Shown: positions 1 to 11,266 of the stretch, piece after piece | Layout of the letters: every line of letters starts with the position of its first letter | How positions within the stretch are numbered: the first letter of the stretch is position 1 | NCBI RefSeq assembly: GCF_964355755.1 | Contig: NC_092673.1 | Coordinates: forward strand, 29,757,648-29,821,647 | From: Antedon mediterranea | Taxonomy: Eukaryota; Animalia; Echinodermata | Direction: 5' to 3' | Length of the DNA stretch: 64,000 nucleotides | Notes under the pieces: model-generated | Databases searched by the model: none | Told to the model about the DNA's origin: nothing | Seen by the model: the letters and a program-made list of their open reading frames with translations, nothing else | Made by a program: the position numbers and the translations under genes

Positions 1-185
1 CATTGATGAATTGAAGTTAACAGCTCTCTTTTGATTTGTGGAAGGTTAATATCGCCGACAGAAGTTGTAGCGGCAAGAGGGATTGGAATTGCCGCCATCT
101 TTAATCAAAGATATGTTTTTAACACGCCCTCTATAATTGCGATTACCGACGTGTGATCTTCTTGACGGGATCCAGGGGGGCGCGC

Positions 186-2970
186 CGGGCCGCGATTTTT
201 TTTTTCGTACATAAGTTGGGGACCCCTCATGAAACGTCACAAAATAAACATGAATAATTCATCAGTTAAATTTGTTGTTCCGTGTGCACCCAAGCGTATA
301 GCAACAAGAAGTGATTACACAACTGCGATACGATACTTTCTACAGTAGGCCTAGGATTGTAAGTCAATTCACGTGATTGCCTTCGCGCACTCTTCTTCAC
401 ACAAAATGTGTCGAGTCGAGGCTAATCGACAGCTAGGCAAGACATTAAACTAAGTAGTAATTCATTGGACATTGCCCAAAGAAAGCTTAGACCCACAAGA
501 ATAAAGAATGTGTATAATTTGTGTACTGTATTTTTTTAATTCTGCTATTTTATTATCAAACAATATGCATGTACTCAAAGGAACTTTAAAAATGCGCGTA
601 CACATGAGATGGGAAGATTTGACCCACGAGAATAAAAAATGTATTTTTGTGTAATGTTTATTGTTTAATTTTGCTGACTTATTACTCGGATTGTGTCATA
701 CCAAAGATAGTGTAACTATCTTTGGTCATACCTAACACACACACACACGTCACACACATCCACACAGCTACTACTAGAATAGACATGGGTTTAGAGACTA
801 ATAATTAGGCCTAATAGTATTAATAGAAACTATAATTTTAACACGTAATTCTTTAGTAATAAATTATATTAAAAACACCATAAACTAAAGGCCGATTATT
901 TCGACAATCCACACAAAACTCCGCTATTCTATTATGAAATCAGCGGAGATAGGCCTAGAATCGTACCGCACTTGTGTAATCACTTCTTGTTGCTATACGC
1001 TTGGGTGCACACGGAACAAGAAAATTTAACTGATGAATTATTCATGTTTATTTTGTGACGTTTCATGAGGGGGTCCCCAACTTATGTACGAAAAAAAAAA
1101 TCGCGGGCCGGGGGCGATTTTTTTTTTCGTACATAAGTTGGGGACCCCCTCATGAAACGTCACAAAATATACATGAATAATTCATCAGTTAATTTTTCTT
1201 GTTCCGTGTTCACCCAAGCGTACGTATAGCAACAAGAGTGATTACACAAGTGCGGTACGATTCTAGGCCTATCTCCGCTGTTGTTGCGGCGTGCGATTTC
1301 ATAGAAGAATAGCGGCGTTTTGTGTGGATTGTCGAAATAATCAGCCTTTAGTTTATGGTGTTTCTAATATAATTTATTACTAAAGAATACGTGTTAAAAT
1401 TATAGTTTCTATTAATACTATTAGGCTAAACATTAGTCTCTAAACCCATGTCTATATCTAGTACACTAGTAGTAGCTGTGTGGGTGTGTGTGACGTGTGT
1501 GTGTGTTAGGTATGACCAAAGATAGTTACACTATCTTTGGTATGACACAATCCGAGTAATAAGTCAGCAAAATTAAACAATAAACATTACACAAAAATAC
1601 ATTTTTTATTCTAGTGGGTCAAATCTTCCCATCTCATGTGTTCATATACGCGCATTTTTAAAGTTCCTTTGAGTACATGCATATTGTTTGATAATAAAAT
1701 AGCAGAATTATAAAAATACAGTACACAAATTATACACATTCTTTATTCTTGTGGGTCTAAGCTTTCTTTGGGCTATGTCCAATGAATTACTACTTAGTTT
1801 AATGTCTTGCCTAGCTGTCGATTAGCCTCGACTCGACAAATTTTGTGTGAAGAAGAGTGCGCGAAGGCATCACGTGAATTGATTTAGAATCCTAGGCCTA
1901 CTGTAGAAAGTATCGTATCGCAGTTGTGTAATCACTTCTTGTTGCTATACGCTTGGGTGCACACGGAACAACAAATTTAACTGATGAATTATTCATGTTT
2001 ATTTTGTGACGTTTCATGAGGGGTCCCCAACTTATGTACGAAAAAAAAAATCGCGGGCCGGGGAGCGATTTTTTTTTTCGTACATAAGTTGGGGACCCCC
2101 CCCCCCCCTCATGAAACGTCACAAAATAAACATGAATAATTCATCAGTTAAATGTTCTTGTTCCGTGTGCACCCAAGCGTATAGCAACAAGAAGTGATTA
2201 CACAAGTGCGGTACGATTCTAGGCCTATCTCCGCGCTGTTGTTGTTGTTTCATAGAAGAATAGCGGCGTTTTGTGTGGATTGTCGAAATAATCAGCCTTT
2301 AGTTTATGATAGTGTTTTTAATATAATTTACTAAAGAATTACGTGTTAAAATTATAGTTTCTATTAATACTATTAGGCCTAGGCCTAATTATTAGTCTCT
2401 AGACATTATGTCTATTCTAGTAGAGCTGTGTGTGTACTGTGTGTTATAGGTATGACACAATCCGAGTAATAAGTCAACAAAATTAAACAATAAACATTAC
2501 ACAAAAATACATTTTTTATTCTCGTGGGTCTAATCTTCCCATCTCATGTGTTCATATACGCGCATTTTTAAAGTTCCTTTGAGTACATGCATTGTTTGAT
2601 AATAAAATAGCAGAATAAAAAAAAAATACAGTACACAAATTATACACATTCTTTATTCTTGTGGGTCTAAGCTTTCTTTTGGCTATGTCCAATGAATTAC
2701 TACTTAGTTTAATGTCTTGCCTAGCTGTCGATTAGCCTCGACTCGACACATTTTGTGTGAAGAAGAGTGCGCGAAGTCAATCGCGTGAATTGACTTACCT
2801 AGGCCTACTGTAGAAAGTATCGTATCGCAGTTGTGTAATCGCTTCCTTTGTTGCTATACGCTTGGGTGCACACGGAACAACAAATTTAACTGATGAATTA
2901 TTCATGTTTATTTTGTGACGTTTCATGAGGGGGTCCCCAACTTATGTACGAAAAAAAAAATCGCGGCCGG
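186..2970. mobile_element. Three adjacent copies of a ~930-bp non-autonomous element with ~150-bp terminal inverted repeats (orientations +,-,-)
   Basis: TIR GCGATTTTTTTTTTCGTACATAAGTTGGGGACCCCTCATGAAACGTCAC... occurs at 192, 1114 and 2065, and as its reverse complement ending near 1104, 2054 and 2964. The interiors of units 2 and 3 are the reverse complement of unit 1. No long ORF. Confidence 0.8.
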
Positions 2971-3109
2971 GGATATACGCTGCCAGGTGCGGATGCATGC
3001 ATGACGACTGTGCAGATGTGCAATTCCACAGGTCCTGACAGACACGATCAGAGCAGCCATATCTTTTACTGTATGTACGTAGTGTACTGATTTTGAAGTC
3101 TTCCGAAAA

Positions 3110-4048
3110 ATGGTATATCCTGTTTTAGAGGAATTAAAAGAACAAGCGCTAACGTGTCAATTGTGTTTTGAGATTCCCGACGGAGGTCGAGGTGAATCAA
3201 ATGTTTTTAAACAGCTAAGTTGTTCTCACACATTCTGTAAATTGTGTATTGAGAAGTTGATAGATTCTAATGGCGGTAAATATAAATTCCTCTCAACCCT
3301 TATTAATTGCCCTAATTGCAGGGCTCTTACCCATATAAAAGAGGGGAATGTAGACGCACTTCCGTCGGCATTTCAATTTAATAATGTGATAGAATGGATA
3401 AATAAGAAACAAGAAAAAACAAATCGAGTTTGTCGCGAGCACGGAGTACAATTGAATTTCTTCTGTCTAAATTGCCTTCAATTCGTTTGTGGTGATGATT
3501 TGAGATTAACAGAAAATCACGAGGAACACACAACTTTGTATGTGAAAACCGAAGCAGAACCAATACGTAAGGCAGCTCATGATATGATGGAAGAAATTGG
3601 ATGTCAACTGGGCCACTGGAAGAAAGCTCATGAAGAAGTCGAAGCAATGATATCTATTATTGACGATGATACCTCAAAATCAATTCAACTATTAGAAAAG
3701 TATACGGAAGAAATAAAAAGGAGTTTGATTTCAGCACAAGATCGTCTAAAGGAAACAATAATGAACACACAGAAGAAAAAGATTCAACTACTAGAAAAAG
3801 ATAAAGATGCAATCATGACGAAAATTCAGGAAGTCGAGAAGAAGATTTCGGAACACAAAGTATCAATGAAAAATGCTGACAGTTTTGAAACATTTATTGA
3901 ATATGTTGCGATCACTGAAATTCATGAATTTTGTGCAGACGAACACGCAGGTGGCCAAACAAACAAAGCAAGATTCCCTGGACCTTTCTCCAAATTTCAT
4001 CTCACTCAAACGTTTGAAGAAAGATATTGCTCATTTTGGAGAAGTTAA
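3110..4048 (+). CDS. TRIM-like RING/B-box/coiled-coil protein, copy 1 (truncated, possibly a pseudogene)
   Basis: C3HC4 RING (CQLC...CSHTFCKLC...CPNC), B-box (CREH...CLNC...C...HEEH) and coiled coil. A frameshift near 3935 moves the conserved PNFISLKRLKKDIAHFG motif into another frame. TAA at 4046-4048 precedes a GC-type donor at 4068. Confidence 0.75.
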   Translation: MVYPVLEELKEQALTCQLCFEIPDGGRGESNVFKQLSCSHTFCKLCIEKLIDSNGGKYKFLSTLINCPNCRALTHIKEGNVDALPSAFQFNNVIEWINKKQEKTNRVCREHGVQLNFFCLNCLQFVCGDDLRLTENHEEHTTLYVKTEAEPIRKAAHDMMEEIGCQLGHWKKAHEEVEAMISIIDDDTSKSIQLLEKYTEEIKRSLISAQDRLKETIMNTQKKKIQLLEKDKDAIMTKIQEVEKKISEHKVSMKNADSFETFIEYVAITEIHEFCADEHAGGQTNKARFPGPFSKFHLTQTFEERYCSFWRS

Positions 4049-4127
4049 GTGCACAAGAAATCTGAAAGCAAGTACAGTATAGTATACACAATAATATTTA
4101 ATAAATCTAACAGCAGGCCTACAATCC

Positions 4128-4430
4128 CGGAGAGGTTCCATGGTTCTGGTGGTAGAACAAGTTCTTCTCGGATAAGGACTATAAACCGTAGGTCCAGTGT
4201 ATGCATATTGCTCGTGTGCACTTTAAAGAACCTATAACCTGTACATCTTTCGAGACGAGTAGGGGGTTACCCCCGGTGTAATAGTACACACACACACCCA
4301 CACACACACTGTCGTGGACAGACGTAATGGCACCGTAGTTGGCTGCCGATGACACGATGTGACCCTTAGGGGAGAAGAATGTTGTTGAAAAGGTGTAACA
4401 TCTCAAGTCCACAGCGTTCTGATCTTCATG
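4128..4430 (+). mobile_element. SINE fragment with a Nin-like core
   Basis: GATAAGGACTATAAACCGTAGGTCC...GCACTTTAAAGAACC resembles the Nin SINE domain. Related copies at ~47890-48020 (+) and ~26090-26265 (-). Confidence 0.55.
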
Positions 4431-4654
4431 AAATAGCGCTATATAAATGTCGCATTATATAAGTTCAATTCCTTGCTATTGTCTCTTCGGCTTAACAGTA
4501 ATATTGATATTCTGTAGCTAAAACTATGAACCTGGATTATTAGTATTATGTTGTTATACAGTGGAGAAAATAAATTTGAATACATAATTAGAAATTCATA
4601 AAAATTGGAAAAAGAACTTTTCATTGAATGTATAAATATCTTCTTTTTTTTCAG

Positions 4655-4797
4655 AATCCTATACTAAAAAGATGTACAAAGAAGACAAATATGCGGGAGA
4701 AGTAGACTCATATGATGGTTACAACAACTGTAAAGGTTATAATAGGAAAAGCCTTCGTAAGATATGCACAGTACTTACAAAGAAGAACATGCTTTAA
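4655..4797 (+). pseudogene. Residual exon 2 of TRIM copy 1 (tail only, LC8-like domain missing)
   Basis: Same acceptor context as the paralogs (TTTCAG|AATC). Phase-1 frame SYTKKMYKEDKYAGEV...RKSLRKICTVLTKKNML* resembles the copy 4 tail (EDNYAREV...KKSYRRLYRK). Confidence 0.5.
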
Positions 4798-5065
4798 TTT
4801 ATGAGAGCCTCATCTGTCTGCATGTTGTCAAATGTAAATGGTATTCTATTACGGTATTGTTGAAAAAAACGTGTATGATTAAAATGTGCTTGGATTCTTA
4901 AATTTAAGTTGGCTTCTAACAAATAAATTTATTAAAAAACAATTTAGTGCATGTCCGTGTTTTCCTGCGGCAAAGGCCCCCGGTGTTTTGTTCTGACTGA
5001 ACGATACGATAAGCTACGTGATAATGCTGTTGTTGATCACGCCCTCTATTATAGTTTGTATTAAT

Positions 5066-5094
5066 GGGGAATCCCCTTTTAGATGGGGAATTCC
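5066..5094 (+). promoter_or_regulatory. Paired NF-kB-type sites upstream of TRIM copy 2
   Basis: GGGGAATCCCC (5066-5076) and GGGGAATTCC (5085-5094), about 90-120 bp before the ATG at 5186. Confidence 0.7.
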
Positions 5095-5185
5095 ATTTGT
5101 ACACCCGACGCCATTTAGAGTATTAACCGTTCAGTCCTAGGCCTAAATTAGCGTTAGCCGCTCGCGGGCTGTGTCTTTCAACAAA

Positions 5186-7468
5186 ATGGCTTATGCCGTG
5201 TTAGATGAATTGAAAGAACAAGCACTAACATGTGAATTGTGTTTTGAGGTTCCTGGAGGAGCACAAGGTGATACCAATGTTTTCAAACAGCTAAGTTGTT
5301 CTCACATATTTTGTAAATTATGTATTCAGAAGTTAGCAGACACGCAAGCAGATCCTTCAGGTATTTGTCGACATATACGTATTTCTTGCCCTAATTGCAG
5401 GGTTTTTACCTCTATACATGAGGGTGATGCAGAAACACTTTCATCCGCATTTAAAGTTACAAATGTAATCGATTGGGTAAATACGAAGCAAGAAAAGGAG
5501 GAGAAAGAAAAGAAAGATCGGGTGTGCAATGAGCACGGAGTACCATACAATTTCTTCTGTCTGGATTGCTCTAAATTTGTATGTGGTGATGGTTTGATAT
5601 TAACACATAGTCACGAGGGACATACTCCATTGTATATTAAAATCGCAGCAGAACCAGTACGCAAGGCAGCTCAAGATATGATGGAAGAAATTGAATTTCA
5701 ACTGGGCCACTGGAAGAAAGCTCATGAAGAAGTCAGGGGAATGATATCGCGTATTGATGATGATACATCAAAAGCAATGGAACTATTAAACAAATATACG
5801 GAAAAAATTTGTTTGAGTTTGATTTCAGCTCAAGAACGGTTAACAGAAAAAATAATGAACACACAGAAGAATAAGATTGAAGTACTGGAAAAAGAAAAAG
5901 ATGCGATCATGAGGAAAATTCAGGACATTGAGAATAAGATGTCAGAACACCAAGAAACAATAAAAAATGCAGATAAATATGAAGTGTTCAATGAACACGT
6001 TGCAATCACTAAAATGCGTCAAGAATTCCTGAGAGATCAACTTCCAGACATGACACGGATGACCAAACAAACAGAAGATGATTCATTGAGGTTTGCACCA
6101 AATTTCATCTCTCTCAGACGCCTGAAAAATGATATTGCTCATTTTGGTAAAGTGCATAATAAATCTGAAAGTAAGTATAGATTATACATAAACTTCGATA
6201 ATTTAATTCATATATATTATAAAGTAGAGCTAATACATACAGTATCAGTAAATACAGAAGAGTATTAAATAACTACAGTAAATTTCTTGTACTCGAAGTT
6301 CACTTTATGTTGTCCATATTTTTTTTTATTGTTAAATGGTTATTTAACTTATCAATTTTAGGTCACCTTTTTTCTATCTGTATCTAATTCTTTTAATTAA
6401 CTAATTAGGCCTAATTGATTTAAAATATGTTCTTCTACCTATATCTTGACCTGTTGAGCTCCATTACAAGAAAGTATGTGCCTAAATTACTGTAGTATTA
6501 TGTTTGAGCACAGCAAATTCAATAACTTTATTTAATATTGCGTTGCTATTACTAAAATGAGTCAAGAATTTCTGATAAATGATGACCCGACAAGCAGAAG
6601 AATCACTGAAGTAACTAAAAGTTTACTCCAAATTTAATCTCTCTCAAACGCTTGAAAAATGATATTTCTCATTTTGGAAAAGTACACAAACAATCTGAAG
6701 GTAAAATAAATTTACAGTACGTTTTCCCTACAGTAAATTAATACTTTATTCAAATTAAATTAATTTTGAACTTGATTGAATGTGGAATAATAATTACTAT
6801 TTATAATATAATCACTAGTGTATCATGATTGATATTGAAAATAATTGTTAATAGTATAGTGGTAAATTTTAAAGAATACTGTACATTGAATTAAACTGTG
6901 ATGTTTTTTTTAAGATTCATTTTCTGTAACAATTTCACATTCTGAAGGATTATCTCGAGAAGTGTTGAAAACCATGGAAGATGTCGTCAAGGAAGCATAT
7001 GAATTAGATATATCAAATATGGACAAAGTTAAAGACAGAAGAACCAAACTGACATTTATTGTAAAGCATTTGGAAGATGTTCTTGAAGGAGAATGGAAAT
7101 GCATTTTAGGTGATTTTGAAAGATCGCAATGGCCAGTGCAAGTTAACAAAACTGTGTCATTCTTTGTAAATGACACAGATAATGTTACTATTTATAATTT
7201 AGTGAAAGAGGTATACAGTGGCTACAAATATTATAACGTAGCAGAATGGGATAATAATGAAATGAAAGTATGTGAAGAAGAGGAAGAAAGTGACAAAGAG
7301 GATGAAAGTGACAAAGAGGAAGAAAGTGAAAAAGAGGAAGAAATTGACAAAGAGGAAGAAAGTGAAAAAGAGGAAGAAAGTGAAAAAGAGGAAGAAAGTG
7401 ACAAAGAGGAAGAACATGAAACATATGGTGAGGAAGTAGAAGTGATCAATATCCCTTGGCAATGGTAA
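5186..7468 (+). CDS. TRIM-like protein copy 2 (RING/B-box/coiled-coil + LC8-like domain + acidic tail), 2 exons, ~512 aa
   Basis: Exon 1 5186-6170 (donor GTAAGT), exon 2 6915-7468. The phase-1 intron joins the two ORFs in frame. Tail of (EEESEK/EEESDK)n 18-bp repeats. Confidence 0.85.
6541..6730 (+). pseudogene. Relic of a paralogous exon-1 3' end inside the intron of copy 2
   Basis: Matches the copy 4 exon-1 end and donor (...CTCTCAAACGCTTGAAAAATGA...CAATCTGAAG|GTAAAATAAA), with indels. Confidence 0.75.
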
Positions 7469-8677
7469 TCATGTCACAGAAGTACACAGTGCAGAGAGAG
7501 TAGGCCTACGTCAGTACTACAATATTCTTTGAACAGAGAGGAAAAGTGTACAAGTAGGCCTATGAGAAAACTAAAAAAAAAACAGATTTGCAAGAAACAT
7601 GCCAGAGAAGTGGAAAGGGTGAAACAAAAAGACAATTCATTTCATCATTGGCGAAAAAATGTTTCTTAAAAGATTCGAAAAGTGCAAAATGGATCAATGA
7701 CAAAGTTGTACACTATGAATTATGTAAAATACAAGAATTAGATTAAAACTTAGCAAGAGAAAAAAATTGTAATGAATAACAAGATTTGAATCATGTTTCT
7801 TTGATGACCAAATAAAACTACAATAATAATGTCATGTAGTTTCAATATTATTGAAAATAAACATTTTAAAAACATGTATTAATACTTGTTACAAGTTCTC
7901 TAGTAGGCCTATAGTGACAACTTACCGTAAAAAATTCACTGTAAATAAAAGATCCAAATATTAAATCTGAATATTAAATTTTAACATTTTTATAAATAAA
8001 TAACACATTTTATTTTATATAGTGTTATTTTTTAGAGATTTCAACATTAGAATGAAAATAATCTTAATTTAAATAAAACGATAAATCAGAGTATTTGGCT
8101 ATTCATTTACTATAGTTAAAATAAAAATAGACTAATTTTATTTAAGTATAACATATTTAATAATATCAAATACACAAATTAATTTTTAAGTTCTGTCCCA
8201 ATCATAACATGGTATTATTATCCACCCATATATGTGGTAAAAAAGATGAATGAAAGTAATTTGATGTGTTTATTAGTTTTTAAAAAGTTAGTTTTTATGT
8301 CACTTTAATTTATTACATAGCTGCTGAAAAAAAAGATTGCCTTGTTTTCGACTTGCTTGTGTATATAATTATATATATTTAGTTATTATAAAAAATAATA
8401 TAAAATCTGCATTGTTTATTTAACTTTCCTAATTTCAGACATGAGTAATAAACAATATAAAACAAATATATAAGAGGATGGAAATAATTATTATATCTTT
8501 AAAGATATTGAAAAAAACGCCCTTAATTGTGGCAGTGAGTTAAGTTGTATTGTTTATTATACAATAATATATGTATACAACAATTCTAAATGCATTTAAT
8601 ATTTAACAGATTGGAAATTCCAAAGTTTGCCTAACTGTCGCCATTATTATTGCTGAATGATCGTTTTTTAAAAAATA

Positions 8678-9843
8678 AATAGCATATCAAGTTTTACTTG
8701 AATTAAAGGTAAAACAAATGTTTTTAAACAGCTATGCTGTGTTCTCACACATTTTGTAAATTATGTATTAAAAAGTTAAACTGGAGTTGAATGCCATGCC
8801 AACATTTATATTTAATATCACTTGCCCTACCTGTAGAATGGAAACCCACTAGACAAATTCTGTCAGCATTTCATTTACAAATGTGATAGAATAGATAAAT
8901 AAGAAGCAACAAGTAAAAGAACAAGGCCAACAGCCATTAAGTCGCGTGCTACAATGCACAATGCATAGTGATACCGGACCGACAGACAGACCGACAGACA
9001 GACAGACAGACAGAGAGACCGACCGACCGACATAGTGAACTATACTGACCGAAATTACTGAACATGTTTAAAAATGTTGAAATGTTTAAAAACATTTATT
9101 TTTTTTTAATTTACACGTGCGTAGCCTGTCACTTTCGACGTGCTCGTATAACGTAATTTCGAGTTGAAAAGTAAGTCAAGAAAACAGAAATCGGGCAAAA
9201 AGAGTGCGCAATAACATTTAACGCGCAGTGCGCGCGCAAAAATATGCGCACTCATGGCAATTTTGTAAACGCTTAAAATTGCCTAAAATGTACTCTTATT
9301 TCATCGAAAATCAATTTTGAAAATGTTAAGCGCGCGTACGCATGCGTTACATGCGCTACGCACGTAATTGTATTGCCATATGATGATTTATGCCCTGAAA
9401 TTTATGAGTACCAAATTTTATTTAATTGTGATTCATGGTTGTGAAGATATATGATTACAAACGTGATTTCGTTAAATCGTGCGTAGACCGCGTAATGTTT
9501 TATTGCGCACCGTGAAAACATAACCACATTGATTCCTGGCCATAAGGAATATACTGTGAAAAATTGACCTAGCTTAAACTGATATCAAGATAAGGTCAGA
9601 AAGCGATAAAACGCATAGTGATACCGGACCGACAGACAGACAGACAGACAGACAGACCGACAGACAGACAGACCGACCGACATAGTGAACTATAGAGTCG
9701 CTTCCACGCGACTAAAAAGGGTCGATAACCGAGTTTGTCGCGAGCTTGGAGTAAAATTGAATTTCTTCTGTCTTAATTGCTCTAAATTAGTTTGTGGTGA
9801 TGATTTAAGATTGTGTGTTAGTGAAAACCGAAGCAGAACCAAT
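8678..9843 (+). pseudogene. Decayed TRIM exon-1 fragment (RING and B-box) split by a transposon
   Basis: AATGTTTTTAAACAGCTA...TTCTCACACATTTTGTAAATTATGT, TGCCCT and CGAGTTTGTCGCGAG...TTCTTCTGT match the paralogs but carry deletions and stops. Confidence 0.75.
8921..9718 (-). mobile_element. Helentron-associated (HINE/DINE-like) non-autonomous element
   Basis: On the minus strand: 5' TTTTTAGTCGCGTGGAAGCGACT hairpin/subTIR, (GTCT/GTCG)n microsatellites, 3' subTIR CACGCGACTTA followed by a GGCTGTTGGCC stem and TTGT, inserted in a T-rich site. Confidence 0.7.
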
Positions 9844-9899
9844 AGTTTCAATTGAAAATAAACATTTAAAAAAACATGTATTAATACTTACAGAAACAT

Positions 9900-10420
9900 T
9901 GAGAGAAAAGACAAGAAAAGCTATCGAAGATTTTACAGAAAACAAAAAATGAATAAAAGATTAGCAGGTCGTGATATGGATCAATTATAATATGTGTGCT
10001 ATACTGTGACGTGTAGGTTCAGATGTCACTGTAACTGCCATCCCTTTCATCAATTTTTAAGTTTTATAAACACTAAGTCTCAGATTTTCATAATATGGCA
10101 GAAAAAATTAAAATAATCTGTTAAATTGTTGCATAAATCCCAAAAGAACATAAAAATGAAGAAATGCACAATATTGGATATAGCTAACAAAGACAATCAT
10201 ATTAGCACATTAGTAGTTAAGATAATATAATTCTGGTGATATAGCATCGTGCAAGAACCCTGTTTTATTGTGTTTAGTTCATATATCAGGGTAAAAATTA
10301 CTTTTGGAATTACAAACAATCGTGAAACAAAAAACGTTGATTGCAACAATAATTTCATTCAGTTTCAATATTATTGAAAATAAACATTTTAAAAATGTGT
10401 ATTAATACTTGCTTTAGGTT
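9900..10420 (+). pseudogene. Duplicated C-terminus and 3' UTR of a copy-4-like TRIM
   Basis: GACAAGAAAAGCTATCGAAGA...GATATGGATCAATTATAA and the following UTR match 18290-18690. Confidence 0.75.
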
Positions 10421-10576
10421 CTTTAAGTAAAAAAAAACATTAATCAGATTTGTTTGATATGAAGAAACATCAGAGTGGTATTATTTTCTAAAAAGATGTA
10501 CAAATAAGACAAATATGCTTGAGAAGTAAATTCATATGATGGTAACTGTAAAGGTTATAATAGGAAAAGCCTTCGT

Positions 10577-10817
10577 AAAATATGCACAGTACTTACAAAG
10601 AAGAACATGTCAACGAAATAGAATAACATTTTTAAAATATGCATAGTACTTACAAAGAAGAATATGTCAACGAAATAGAATAACATTGTAAGATAACCCA
10701 GTACTTACAAAGAAGACCATGTCAACGAAATAGAATAACATTTGTAAGATATACACAGTACTTACAAAGAAGAACATGTCAACTAAATAGAATAACATTT
10801 GTAAGATATGCACAGTA
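10577..10817. repeat. 57-bp minisatellite, ~4 copies
   Basis: Same unit as the 14713-16010 array. Confidence 0.85.
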
Positions 10818-11141
10818 AAATACATTACAAAAAAGTAAAAAAAACATGTCTAGGCCACCTCTATAGAACTTTAATTTATGAGAGCCTCATCCGTCTGCAT
10901 GCCATAGTTGTCAAATGTAAATTGTATTCTATAAATACGGTATTTTTTAGAGGAAAACGTGTATGATTAGTAAATATGCTTGGATTCTTCAATTAAAAAA
11001 TATCATGTATTGTTTAAGGCCTGTTTTTTTTTCTGGCTGTACGTCATCGGCTACTGTAATCATAGTCTTAGTAAAGTAACTATGGGCCTCACCAGAAACA
11101 AACATTTACATCACGCCCTCTATAATAGTATTGTAAGAACA

Positions 11142-11174
11142 GGGGAATCCCCTTTTAGATATTGGGGAAAGTCC
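11142..11174 (+). promoter_or_regulatory. Paired NF-kB-type sites upstream of TRIM copy 3
   Basis: GGGGAATCCCC (11142-11152) and GGGGAAAGTCC (11164-11174, reverse complement GGACTTTCCCC). ATG at 11267. Confidence 0.7.
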
Positions 11175-11266
11175 ATGTTGACACCCGACGCCATTTACAG
11201 TTCAGTAACTAAGCCTCTATCTAGTCTTAGCGTTAGCCGCTCACGGCCTATGTGTCTTTCAACAAA

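Noticed and set aside
46-2197. Short ORFs beginning MTFHEGSPTYVRKKK
   Set aside because: Translations of the repeated TIR with non-ATG starts; no transposase features.
3165-3185. Tankyrase-binding motif in TRIM copy 1 (FEIPDG), suggesting a functional link to the neighbouring gene
   Set aside because: Lacks the essential Arg of RxxPDG, lies inside the RING and is not conserved in the paralogs. Adjacency alone is not evidence.
6171-6268. C-terminal KYRLYINFDNL...EEY of the listed TRIM ORFs (also 12222-12319 and 17549-17604)
   Set aside because: Read-through into the intron past a consensus donor. An intron-retained short isoform cannot be excluded but has no support here.
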